A stretch of DNA of 64,000 nucleotides from a virus: the IMG/VR virus record IMGVR_UViG_3300031417_000380. One strand, written 5' to 3'. Positions 53,817 to 62,343 of this stretch are shown piece after piece (positions within the stretch are counted from its first letter, which is position 1; each line of letters starts with the position of its first letter). The translations under genes were made by a program, and so were the position numbers. The notes under the pieces were generated by a model, which ran no database searches, was not told the DNA's origin, and worked only from the letters and a program-made list of their open reading frames with translations.

Positions 53817-54119
53817 CTAGTCGCCGCCCTCCATCGGCATGGTGCGAGAGATGAGCTCTACGAGTTCATCACGCTCCTCCGTTGTGAAGGTGTCGCCGTC
53901 CCACACTCGGAATGCGCCCTGGGCCTCGCCGTTGCCGAGCACAAGCTCGCCCGTGTCGGGGTCCCACTCAGCCCATCCGCCGCGACCATCTGCGTGACGG
54001 AACTCGAAGACATCGAGCTCCTGGCAGACAACCGTCCAAGGGCCCTCCGTCACGTCCGGAGAGTTGAGCAGATCATCCTGATCCGCGGGGTCATAGAAAT
54101 CTAGATCTCGAGTTGGCAT
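53817..54119 (-). CDS. acidic hypothetical protein
   Basis: SD AAGGAG; high GC3. Confidence 0.7.
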   Translation of the reverse strand: MPTRDLDFYDPADQDDLLNSPDVTEGPWTVVCQELDVFEFRHADGRGGWAEWDPDTGELVLGNGEAQGAFRVWDGDTFTTEERDELVELISRTMPMEGGD

Positions 54120-54258
54120 GGTGACTCCTTCGTTTCCGGCTCCGTTGAGCACGTCGATCGTACATTACAAGTTAAAGCTCTATACAGCTGTCTAAGCGGT
54201 AGAGTTACGGAACCTCACAACGACACGCGGTGACCACGATTCACTGTCTAAGCTGCAG

Positions 54259-55020
54259 CTAGTACGAGATAACCGATGCTTCCGCCTTCGCCAGGAACTC
54301 TGAAAAGCTGATCGGTTTTGAAAGCGGTCGCTTAAGCAGCTCTTCGAGATCGGCCGTGAATACATGAGGCGAGATGTTGTTCCTAACGAACTTCAGGTAA
54401 CGCTCTCGTCGAGCGAGCTCGAGCAGGATCTCCTTGCGAGGAGCAAGCTCCACGATGGCCTCGCTCGCTTCAGCCACCCACTGCTCGAGCACCGGCAAGT
54501 CGATGTGGAGCTCAAGCTTCTCTCCGTGAGCCGCAGCGATCGCAGCGAGCGCGAGAGTGTTCTCAAGGCGCTTCATGGGGATTTCGGTTCGCTCATACTC
54601 ATCAGCTACTGATGGTGGGAGACCGGTGACTAGCGTGCGAAGCTTGTCCCTGACACGGGAGCGACGACGGATGTCTTTACGGTCAAAGGTTACCGACGGG
54701 AACAGCGTGACGTAAAGCCCTTCGCTCACCGGGCCAAAACGACTGAGAAACTCCCGAACCTTGCGGTCAGCTCCAAGGATGATAACGGCCTCAAACTGAT
54801 CGGCTTTCTTGCTTCGCCATCGACTGTTAAAGTCACGCTTCATCTTCCGCGGAGTCGGGATACCGTCCCTGTCGAAGCGCGACCCGAATCGGCCTCGTCT
54901 CGACTTGTCCCAAAGCGAGCGGATCAGTTCACGCTTCGACTGGCCTTCAAGGTTGTCGAAGTCGAAGAAGCCTGCGAACTCTTCCACCTCAGCGAGACTT
55001 TCGGCGCTCGCGGTAATCAT
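54259..55020 (-). CDS. family H copy 10
   Basis: LIRSLW; AAAHGE..LP.LEQW.AEA.E..E; PLS..I.F.EF. Confidence 0.8.
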   Translation of the reverse strand: MITASAESLAEVEEFAGFFDFDNLEGQSKRELIRSLWDKSRRGRFGSRFDRDGIPTPRKMKRDFNSRWRSKKADQFEAVIILGADRKVREFLSRFGPVSEGLYVTLFPSVTFDRKDIRRRSRVRDKLRTLVTGLPPSVADEYERTEIPMKRLENTLALAAIAAAHGEKLELHIDLPVLEQWVAEASEAIVELAPRKEILLELARRERYLKFVRNNISPHVFTADLEELLKRPLSKPISFSEFLAKAEASVISY

Positions 55021-55298
55021 CGCTCAACGGCCGCCACGTCGTAGACCTGGACAGCGAGCTCCTTAGCGGCGAGCGAGTCGTTGGAGTAGCTCACCAGCTC
55101 GTAGGCGCCGAAGAGCCCGCGGAAGATCTTGAGCTTGGAGTCGCCGGCCTCGAAGAGGGTGTCATGCTGTCGCTGAACGAGCTCCTTCGCCTCGGCGAGC
55201 GCCGGCTCGTCGGCGATGTAGCCGACCTCGTGCATCTTCGCCAGGACAGTGTCCAGGTTACTGAAGGTCTTGAAGTGCGGGAACGTGGGCTTGGCCAT
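55017..55298 (-). CDS. hypothetical protein
   Basis: High GC3; coupled to neighbours. Confidence 0.7.
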   Translation of the reverse strand: MAKPTFPHFKTFSNLDTVLAKMHEVGYIADEPALAEAKELVQRQHDTLFEAGDSKLKIFRGLFGAYELVSYSNDSLAAKELAVQVYDVAAVER

Positions 55299-55299
55299 C

Positions 55300-55560
55300 T
55301 CAGGCTTCCTTCTCTTCGGTGATGCCAGCGAGGAGTCGAAGAGCCAGAACACTAGCGGTGAGCCTCTCGATCTCCGCAGCGTCAGCACGAGCGGCAGCTT
55401 CGTACATGCCGGCGTAGTCTCCGGTTACGGAGCCGTGGACATCGTTCCAGTGCGACTTCGGAGCGGTGGGGTGGCACCATGCGAGAAGCTCAACTTCAAG
55501 CTCCGGGAGACGCTTAAGAGCCTCAGCCTTGGTTGCGGCTTCTGCAGACGTTGTGGGCAT
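55300..55560 (-). CDS. hypothetical protein
   Basis: SD AGGAG; promoter 55593-55621. Confidence 0.7.
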   Translation of the reverse strand: MPTTSAEAATKAEALKRLPELEVELLAWCHPTAPKSHWNDVHGSVTGDYAGMYEAAARADAAEIERLTASVLALRLLAGITEEKEA

Positions 55561-55592
55561 GACTTCTCCTACGGGTGATCGATACTAGCATA

Positions 55593-55621
55593 ACAATACA
55601 CCTTAATACGAGGAGCCACAA
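55593..55621 (-). promoter_or_regulatory. SigA-type promoter
   Basis: TTGTGG-17-TATTGT. Confidence 0.7.
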
Positions 55622-55629
55622 TCTTTTCC

Positions 55630-56517
55630 TTACTCAGCTAACTTGTGATTCTCCCAGACACCGTTATTGAGCACCGCTCCGCGGATGCTGTACGACTTCG
55701 AGCTGTTCCAGAGCCAGTAGAGGAAGTTCGGGTCAACCGTAGCGAAAGCTGCTGCCTCACGGAGCTCCGGAGTCTTGTGGCGGCGAGCTCGCTCTTCACG
55801 AAGCTCTTCGGGAGCCAGGGGATTCTTCACCACGTTGTTGAGTACCGAACGCTTCTTGTCATCGGCCAGGAGCTCCCAGTGGTCGTCACGCACGAGAACA
55901 CTCTCAGCGTACTTCTCACGGTCGTTGATACTGCCGGTAATGGCGAATTCCTGGAGCCGTTCGATCACCTCACGATCCATGTGCTCGAAAGCCCACTGAC
56001 GAGCCTCTCGGAAGCTAGCGAGCCTCGCTACAGAATCGTAGACAACACGGCGAGTGTAGCACTTATCATGCCAGCCCTCGTCAGGAGCCTTGCCTTCACA
56101 CTCTACGTGGATGTCCGGCGCGGGGCTATAGAAGCCCCAGCGAAGATCATCACCGTCAATCTTCCCGTGGTCAGCCGCGGTATCGTAGACGGCCTCCGCG
56201 GTAACGCCCTTGTTGATCTTCCAAGCGATAGCGAAGAGCTCAGGATCGTTGATGGCCCACAGCGGAAGACCGATGCGAGCGAGCAAGTACCGATTTAGCT
56301 TGAAGGTCTCGAAGAGACGGCGCCACTCAGCTTCGGGAAAGTTCTTCGCGAGCATGAGTCCTTCACGAACCTGCACTTCTGTAGAGTAGGACTCAAGCTC
56401 TCCGGATAGCGAGGTGAAGCCTCCGAACTCTGAGTAGATACCCATGAGCTGCTCTTGAGTGAGAGAACTCCGGTTTTCCTTGATGTAGAAGAACGTGTCC
56501 AAGCCGTTTCGAGTCAT
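55630..56517 (-). CDS. hypothetical protein with C-terminal LRV/HEAT-like repeats
   Basis: VLNNVVKNPLAPEEL..IRGAVLNN; ATG 6 nt after TAAAAT. Confidence 0.6.
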   Translation of the reverse strand: MTRNGLDTFFYIKENRSSLTQEQLMGIYSEFGGFTSLSGELESYSTEVQVREGLMLAKNFPEAEWRRLFETFKLNRYLLARIGLPLWAINDPELFAIAWKINKGVTAEAVYDTAADHGKIDGDDLRWGFYSPAPDIHVECEGKAPDEGWHDKCYTRRVVYDSVARLASFREARQWAFEHMDREVIERLQEFAITGSINDREKYAESVLVRDDHWELLADDKKRSVLNNVVKNPLAPEELREERARRHKTPELREAAAFATVDPNFLYWLWNSSKSYSIRGAVLNNGVWENHKLAE

Positions 56518-56565
56518 GGTTCTATTTTACCGATCTTTCGTTGCTAGTGTTGGGGAGACTGAGGG

Positions 56566-57372
56566 TCACGCGTAGAAAAATCGCCCGACTTTATGGTTGA
56601 GTTTCGCCTCGTAGACAGCGTAAATAGCCTCGGCTTCCTCACGCGTGGCCACTGGGAAAACGCCGTGCTCATCCAGAGCTAGAATCACGCTAAGTGGCTC
56701 CTTCGTAAGCAACTCAGCGTTGTTTACCGGACCGTAGGTGTTCTCGCAGTGATGCACCTGAACCTTGAGTCGATCTCTAGTGAGGTATTCATCAGCGAAG
56801 CCTGGAGCAATAGCGAGCTCCTCCATAGTATCCTGTGCTGCGGAAAGCCAGCGATCGAGCCTCTCAAGACCGGTGACCAGGGAGTAGCGACGGCCCCGCC
56901 AGGCGGCCAGTAGACAAAGATCGAAGTTACGGAAGTAGCGGAACACGAGGTTCTGAACAGCCGAGTCTACTCTCGGGCTATCGAATCCAACAGTATTAAA
57001 CGCAACCTCCATAGTGGACTGAATCGAGTGTGGCTCGACGCCGGAGAACTCTCTGTCCTTTACGGTTTTTGCGTCCAGGTCGAAGTCTGAGAGCGGCGGC
57101 GCGTAGATGCTGAAGAGCTCTCGACTCATGGCAGGAGCTAGCCCCTGCACCGGAACCTTCGGTAGATTCTGATCTAACAGCATGAGCCAAAGATCCTCGA
57201 AGTACCTAGGCATGTTCGGCGCTGCGCGACTCACTACCTCTGCTAGATACGGAAGCTGCAGTACTCCGTCCTTCGCCACAGCCTGGCCTAGGCGTACCTG
57301 CTCCGGCTCCCAGAGGTGCTCAATGTAATGGCGCGTAATGATCTTTACTTCGAGCGAGTGAAGCACGGTCAT
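56566..57372 (-). CDS. family H copy 11
   Basis: IEHLWEPE; RELFSIY.P; LLAAWRGRRY.LVTGL.RLDRW. Confidence 0.85.
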   Translation of the reverse strand: MTVLHSLEVKIITRHYIEHLWEPEQVRLGQAVAKDGVLQLPYLAEVVSRAAPNMPRYFEDLWLMLLDQNLPKVPVQGLAPAMSRELFSIYAPPLSDFDLDAKTVKDREFSGVEPHSIQSTMEVAFNTVGFDSPRVDSAVQNLVFRYFRNFDLCLLAAWRGRRYSLVTGLERLDRWLSAAQDTMEELAIAPGFADEYLTRDRLKVQVHHCENTYGPVNNAELLTKEPLSVILALDEHGVFPVATREEAEAIYAVYEAKLNHKVGRFFYA

Positions 57373-58337
57373 AGGAGATTCCTCCAAAAACCAGTCAGGG
57401 TCTTGAACGTAGCGAGCTTCTCTTCGGCCATGAGAACCTCGGGCGGCTTCAGGAAGTGACGGTTGGCGCCAAGCCCGTCCGAACGAGAGCTCTTATTCTC
57501 AGCTACAGCGTAAGCGTCAAGAAGCTTAACAGCTTCCTCGCGTGTGATTCCTGTTACTAGCTCCGAGCCGGTCCAGCCAACAACGGTGGTCAGAGGAATG
57601 CTTTCCATCTCCACAATGAGAGGATCTTTGGTTTGAGAGAATATTGCAAATAGGCGATCGTAGTCTTGTTCGTTAATCAAGTTCGTAATGAGCTTACGGT
57701 TGATGAGCTCATCGGCAACTCCGTTTGGAAGCGTGAACTCTCCAAGAGCCGTCTGAACTTCTGCAAGCCAGTCGTCTAGCTTCGGCAGACCGGTGATGAT
57801 CTCGTAGCGGCGGCCGCGCCAAGCTGCGCCGAGAAGATTCTCCACTGTCTCTGTGAAAGCGTAGAGCCGTCGAATCCTCGACTCTCTTTCATGAGAGTCT
57901 TTGAGCACGCTAATCTGTTTAATAGCCTTGTTGAGTTCTCGGTCGATCGGGTCGCTGCTCGTAGAAAATGTAAGCGCGAAAGGGTCGAGTCTTCTCTCAT
58001 CTGCTGGGTGCTTCGGCATACGCTCGAAGTTTAGCTTCGGCAAAGTCGGCATGTAGAGCTCAAAGAGATCGCGGTTCATGGAGCGCCCGGGACCAGCCTT
58101 AATCAGGGTTTGAAGTCTGCGATTGAAGTCATCGATGTAGTAATCTGAGAAGCTCTCTGAATCCCGATCAGGAAGCGTTGAGAGCGCATCCGACAAGAAG
58201 CGGGGAGTTAGATTATTCTCATCATCGTAGAGCGTCGGCTCATCGGAGCGCCATTCCTCGAGGAACAGGCTCTTTACCATCTGCGATTCAGAGTGCTCGA
58301 GAAAATCCAGATAGGCGTTCTCCGGAAGCTTGGTCAC
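57369..58337 (-). CDS. family H copy 12 (longest)
   Basis: MVKSLF..E.R; NRDLFELYMP; LLGAAWRGRRY.IITGLPKLDDW..EFTLP; leaderless GTG. Confidence 0.85.
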   Translation of the reverse strand: MTKLPENAYLDFLEHSESQMVKSLFLEEWRSDEPTLYDDENNLTPRFLSDALSTLPDRDSESFSDYYIDDFNRRLQTLIKAGPGRSMNRDLFELYMPTLPKLNFERMPKHPADERRLDPFALTFSTSSDPIDRELNKAIKQISVLKDSHERESRIRRLYAFTETVENLLGAAWRGRRYEIITGLPKLDDWLAEVQTALGEFTLPNGVADELINRKLITNLINEQDYDRLFAIFSQTKDPLIVEMESIPLTTVVGWTGSELVTGITREEAVKLLDAYAVAENKSSRSDGLGANRHFLKPPEVLMAEEKLATFKTLTGFWRNLL

Positions 58338-58343
58338 ATGACC

Positions 58344-58372
58344 AATCTATACGACGAAACAGTCAAACGCAA
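58344..58372 (-). promoter_or_regulatory. SigA-type promoter, leaderless (family H copies 12 and 11)
   Basis: TTGCGT-17-TAGATT-6-GTG. Confidence 0.7.
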
Positions 58373-58469
58373 CGAGCCGGATTAAACGCTATCTGCACAG
58401 CGATTGTTAAATCAGCTCTTACTGCAAGCCCACCGTCGATGGACGGTAGGCGCAGGTGTGAGGGCAGAG

Positions 58470-58790
58470 TCAGGCGCGGAGGGGTCGCTCCTCAACCAGA
58501 AGATCCTCGCCGACCGGGTTCGGCGTGCCGGTGATGTACCGATCAGCGGCCTCGCGAGTCGTGAAGATGTCCACCAGGCGTGACCCTTCGGCGTATCCCG
58601 CGAAGGGGCCGCTGAAGTCGGGGACGCGAGCCACCACTGTGAAGACGGTCCCGGCGCTGGTGAAGGTGTTCTCGAAGTTGGCGCGTTCCTGAGCCTGAGC
58701 GAGACGTGCCGTAGCAGCCTCGAGCTCGTGCTGGGCCGCGAGCACGGAGGCGTCAGCGGCGGCGGTGTTGCTGTTCGTGTTGATGGGCAT
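58470..58790 (-). CDS. hypothetical protein
   Basis: Leaderless promoter 58797-58825; high GC3. Confidence 0.75.
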   Translation of the reverse strand: MPINTNSNTAAADASVLAAQHELEAATARLAQAQERANFENTFTSAGTVFTVVARVPDFSGPFAGYAEGSRLVDIFTTREAADRYITGTPNPVGEDLLVEERPLRA

Positions 58791-58796
58791 GGTTTG

Positions 58797-58825
58797 ATCT
58801 TACACCGTCAACTCAAAGCGCGCAA
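58797..58825 (-). promoter_or_regulatory. SigA-type promoter, leaderless
   Basis: TTGCGC-17-TAAGAT-6-ATG. Confidence 0.8.
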
Positions 58826-58834
58826 CACAAAAGT

Positions 58835-59182
58835 TTAGTTCAACTCCGATTCTGGGTGAAGGCTAAAATCCACTACGGATGAGTATTCTCCGTGAGTTAC
58901 CAGGTAAGCCTCAAAGACGGCTTCTGGAGGAAGCTCTCTCGGGTCGCAGGAGAGCTCGAGCCGAAGCTTAGCCGTCTCTCCAGGATTGACTGAAGAGCGA
59001 CGGGTCACCATGAAAAGCTTGAAGCGGAAGTTGAGGCGCCTCTGGTCTTTCTTGGTGAATCCGCTATATCCGTAGACCACCGGCGTTGTGGACTGCGGCA
59101 TAGAGCCTGTATTCGTCCACTCTAAATGCAGAATATTAGGGCTCTTCTCATCGAACCGAGTCTTTCCAGCATACCTAACCAC
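58835..59182 (-). CDS. MVTRRS family copy 1
   Basis: FKLFMVTRRSSVNPGE..LELS. Confidence 0.8.
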   Translation of the reverse strand: MVRYAGKTRFDEKSPNILHLEWTNTGSMPQSTTPVVYGYSGFTKKDQRRLNFRFKLFMVTRRSSVNPGETAKLRLELSCDPRELPPEAVFEAYLVTHGEYSSVVDFSLHPESELN

Positions 59183-59531
59183 GGTGATTACTCCTTAGCT
59201 CATCCGCGAGATCCCCGAGCTCCAAGCTGATAACGTTGTACGTCTCACCGGACGATGAGAAGAACACCGACAGCGACGAGCCCGACGGATACTCAGTAAT
59301 AGCCGTCGAAAGTTCCAGGCGCATCTTCACTACTTCTCCGGGATTCGCGACCGAACGCCGTGTCACCATGAAAAGCTTGAAGACTTTGAGCTCTTTAAGC
59401 TCGTCTTTATGCTTACGCCAGAACATGCGAATCTTAACCGGCGCGACAGAGCGCGGGATAGAACCTTCGTGAGTGTACTTAATGTGGACGATGTGATCGT
59501 TAGTTGGATCTGCTGTAAGTTCCACGCTCAT
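59175..59531 (-). CDS. MVTRRS family copy 2
   Basis: FKLFMVTRRSVANPGE..LELS. Confidence 0.8.
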   Translation of the reverse strand: MSVELTADPTNDHIVHIKYTHEGSIPRSVAPVKIRMFWRKHKDELKELKVFKLFMVTRRSVANPGEVVKMRLELSTAITEYPSGSSLSVFFSSSGETYNVISLELGDLADELRSNHRG

Positions 59532-59827
59532 GTGAGACTCCAGGTTCGTCGCCAGCCACCGCTATAAGCTGCTTCATGTGCTAAAGTTACCTCCACTTTG
59601 CTTCCAAGCTCGCTCAACGGGGCTTCAAGAGTAACGTCCATCACTACTTTCTCACCAGGATTCGCTACTGATCGGCGAGTCACCATTTTAACGGTGACTG
59701 CGCGCTTGTCTCGACTGTGCTTGTGAAGAACTCCGTCAAGAAACCCGGAGTGGGGATAAGCAGCCACGGGAAATAGGCTTTTGTTTACCCACGACAGTCG
59801 ATGTACAGTTTTGTCGGCTTCAGCCAC
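59528..59827 (-). CDS. MVTRRS family copy 3
   Basis: VKMVTRRSVANPGE..TLE. Confidence 0.8.
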   Translation of the reverse strand: MAEADKTVHRLSWVNKSLFPVAAYPHSGFLDGVLHKHSRDKRAVTVKMVTRRSVANPGEKVVMDVTLEAPLSELGSKVEVTLAHEAAYSGGWRRTWSLT

Positions 59828-59851
59828 GCTAGAATCCTCTCGTCCAACAGA

Positions 59852-61306
59852 TCATACCGAGCTTGAGTGGACAGATCGGGAACGAGCGTAGGCCCAAACA
59901 GCACAGGTGGCCGATAGCGCAGCCAACACAGCGATCATAACGGTCGTCGCGAGGCTAAACGACTCCGTCTCTCTTGCAGTCCAACTGACAGACGCGGTGT
60001 TGAGGTGGCCAACCGCCGCTAACCCGATGGTCACCGCCGTAACACCGATGCTCGCGGCAAGCTGTGCAGCAGTGTCTACTAGCGAAGCGCCGAGCCCGGT
60101 GCGCTCTTTCGGAAGCCCTCGGAAGACGTTCGTACCGGCCACTAGTCCGTTGATCCGCATCCCCGCTGCCACTAAGACTAGCGCGAGAGCAATCCAGAGA
60201 TAGCCGTGTGCGTTCATCACGGCGTAGAGAACAAGCCCAGCTACGGTGAGGGCTGAGCTTGCCCAAGCCGCTACAGAGAAGCCGTAGCGTTTCACGAACC
60301 GATCTGTAAACGGCCCCACTATGAGGAGCGTTACCACCTGAGGGAGCATCCCCACCGCGGCTAGAGCCGGAGACCAGCCGTAGCCCAACTGCAGCTGAAG
60401 CGTCACCGCGTAGCTGAGCCCTGCAGTAGCAAAGCCGACGGCGGCCTTGTAGAGTAGACCACTAGAGACAAGCGGTAACGTCACTAGCTCAAACGGGAGC
60501 AACGGCGTCGAGGCAGCACGCTCGCGCAAGACGAAAGCGCCCCAGAGAGCTACAGCTGAGGCTGTTACAGCCCAAAAGCTGACAGAAGCTTTCTCAGCTA
60601 CGAAGAGCGTAGGAGCCAGAAGCGTTGCTCCGATCGCAGCGGCGCCGAGAAAAGCTCCGCCGACATCGAGTCTTGAGCGTAGTAGCTCTTCCTTCGAGTC
60701 AGCTCCGACACCTCGAGCGATACCGAAGATCGCGAGTACCGCTAAAGGCGCGTTGAAGACGAGGAGTCCCTGCCACGGAGCAATCGTAAGTAAAAGGCCT
60801 CCAACAGTGGGCCCGACAGCAAGGCCGATGAGCCCCACCGTCGAGACCAGGCTCATGGCTCTGAGTCGTAGAGAATCGTTCTCGAAGAGTCGGAACGTTA
60901 GCGCGAGCGAAAGTGGGGTAGTCATGGCCGCGGCTACTCCCATGAGGCCACGCACTAGAATCAACTCGTATGGAGTGGTAAACAGTGCTGTACTAGAGCT
61001 TACTACAGCTAGGAGTGTGAGGCCGATGAGCATGAGTCGCTTACGGCCGAAACGATCCGCCAGTGAGCCGAAGAGAAGCATGAGTCCGGCGAAGACCACC
61101 GGATAGACGCCGTTTATCCAGCCAAGCTCAAGCGTTGAAGCGTGGAGACTGCGACCGATGGTAGGGAGGGCCACGGTGAGAATCGAGTTGTCGACCATCT
61201 CGAACAGGAATACCGCGGCGAGACCGGCGAGTGCAAGCCAGGCCTGGCGTAGTGATTGGGGAGAAACTACCTTCGAGCTAGAACGAAGTAGGGAGGCGAT
61301 TGCCAT
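59852..61306 (-). CDS. MFS transporter, DHA2 (14-TM) drug:H+ antiporter type
   Basis: DNSILTVALPTI, motif A GSLADRFGRKR, GLAVGPTVGG; likely start MAIAS at 61306. Confidence 0.88.
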   Translation of the reverse strand: MAIASLLRSSSKVVSPQSLRQAWLALAGLAAVFLFEMVDNSILTVALPTIGRSLHASTLELGWINGVYPVVFAGLMLLFGSLADRFGRKRLMLIGLTLLAVVSSSTALFTTPYELILVRGLMGVAAAMTTPLSLALTFRLFENDSLRLRAMSLVSTVGLIGLAVGPTVGGLLLTIAPWQGLLVFNAPLAVLAIFGIARGVGADSKEELLRSRLDVGGAFLGAAAIGATLLAPTLFVAEKASVSFWAVTASAVALWGAFVLRERAASTPLLPFELVTLPLVSSGLLYKAAVGFATAGLSYAVTLQLQLGYGWSPALAAVGMLPQVVTLLIVGPFTDRFVKRYGFSVAAWASSALTVAGLVLYAVMNAHGYLWIALALVLVAAGMRINGLVAGTNVFRGLPKERTGLGASLVDTAAQLAASIGVTAVTIGLAAVGHLNTASVSWTARETESFSLATTVMIAVLAALSATCAVWAYARSRSVHSSSV

Positions 61307-61602
61307 GAGCGCGACCTTCAGAGGAAGGGTGGCAGGAGCTGTTCCTGCGTGTGAGCGCGCCGAGCACGTTTTTACCGTAGTGAGTACACTATATCGACTG
61401 TTTCTCAAACGCTCGCTCAAGCTTAAAACAGCGCTATGCTCGACCGTCCAAAATCCCTTACTAGTCTGGGGGAGTAGAGGGTCTCTAAGCGCAGCTAGCG
61501 AGGTTCTTTCGCTGCAAGTGTCAGTTCTGTCGGGTTATACGACTTGAACGCTTTAGCTGCTTAGACAGCCGCTAAGCTCACGAGATCAGTCAACTAAAAT
61601 TG

Positions 61603-61631
61603 TTGTGTACTCGTTTAGATCGGTGTACCAT
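61603..61631 (+). promoter_or_regulatory. SigA-type promoter, leaderless
   Basis: TTGTGT-17-TACCAT-7-ATG. Confidence 0.75.
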
Positions 61632-61638
61632 CGGCTCC

Positions 61639-61986
61639 ATGACGAACAACGAAAAGCAGCTTCCGGCAGTCGGTGGCGGCGCAACTATGGCCGCCGGTAA
61701 CGACTCATATCCCTACGTCATCTCCCGCGTCTCGCCTTCCGGCAAGACGGTCTGGGTCCTCCCTCTCGTCGTGGTGAGCAAGGCCACCGGTCACTCGCCG
61801 GCCGCCTACGGCGGAGGGATGCCGATCTGGACGCACGTCTACACCGACGAAGAGCGCGAGACCATGGTGCGCAGCGGGGCACCGGAGCGCATGGTCCGTC
61901 TCAGCAAGGATGGCCGCTGGCGAAGCAACGGTGTCGGCGTCGGGCTCGGCTCCGCCGTCTACCACCGGGACGACGCTCACATCTGA
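61639..61986 (+). CDS. hypothetical protein, phage-like PxVGxGAT..D.YPY pattern
   Basis: Leaderless promoter; high GC3. Confidence 0.7.
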   Translation: MTNNEKQLPAVGGGATMAAGNDSYPYVISRVSPSGKTVWVLPLVVVSKATGHSPAAYGGGMPIWTHVYTDEERETMVRSGAPERMVRLSKDGRWRSNGVGVGLGSAVYHRDDAHI

Positions 61987-62000
61987 TCATGTATCACAGG

Positions 62001-62027
62001 AAGAGGCTGCTGCGGCGGCCTCTTTTT
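62001..62027 (+). terminator. intrinsic terminator
   Basis: 10-bp stem followed by T-tract. Confidence 0.75.
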
Positions 62028-62030
62028 GTG

Positions 62031-62059
62031 TTGCACGGACGTGATTGATGGTGTAATGT
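62031..62059 (+). promoter_or_regulatory. SigA-type promoter, leaderless
   Basis: TTGCAC-17-TAATGT-7-ATG. Confidence 0.8.
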
Positions 62060-62066
62060 TAGCCTC

Positions 62067-62279
62067 ATGGACAACGACAACGCTCACACCTTCACGATCC
62101 GCGTCTCCACCGCCGACGGCGCCCTGATCGGCGAGGACACCGACTTCGCCGAGGACGCTCGCTGGGACTGGTTCGACCAGACGATCAACTTCGCCACTCC
62201 CGGCGAGGTGATCCAGCTCATCGATCGAGCCAACGGCACCGCTGACGGCGTGGTGATCGCTGAGGAGATCAAGGAGTAA
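62067..62279 (+). CDS. acidic hypothetical protein
   Basis: Leaderless promoter; high GC3. Confidence 0.75.
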   Translation: MDNDNAHTFTIRVSTADGALIGEDTDFAEDARWDWFDQTINFATPGEVIQLIDRANGTADGVVIAEEIKE

Positions 62280-62289
62280 CAGTACTTAC

Positions 62290-62329
62290 GCAAGAGGGAG
62301 GGCGGCCGATTGGCTACCCTCCCTCTTGC
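62290..62329. terminator. bidirectional terminator
   Basis: 13-bp perfect arms between convergent genes. Confidence 0.75.
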
Positions 62330-62343
62330 TGTTAGCTTCGATC

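Noticed and set aside
55645-56298. Long antisense or alternative-frame ORFs in the track (also 1468-2001, 5971-6408, 13631-14284, 14217-14894, 22443-22943 and others)
   Set aside because: They shadow better-supported genes that have SD sites or promoters and family motifs; such ORFs are expected in GC-rich DNA.
42661-58337. Diversity-generating retroelement as the cause of family H variation
   Set aside because: There is no reverse transcriptase and no near-identical template/variable repeat pair; the copies differ throughout.
61307-61420. N-terminal extension of the MFS ORF
   Set aside because: It is non-hydrophobic and lacks an SD; the start at 61306 gives a normal DHA2 length.
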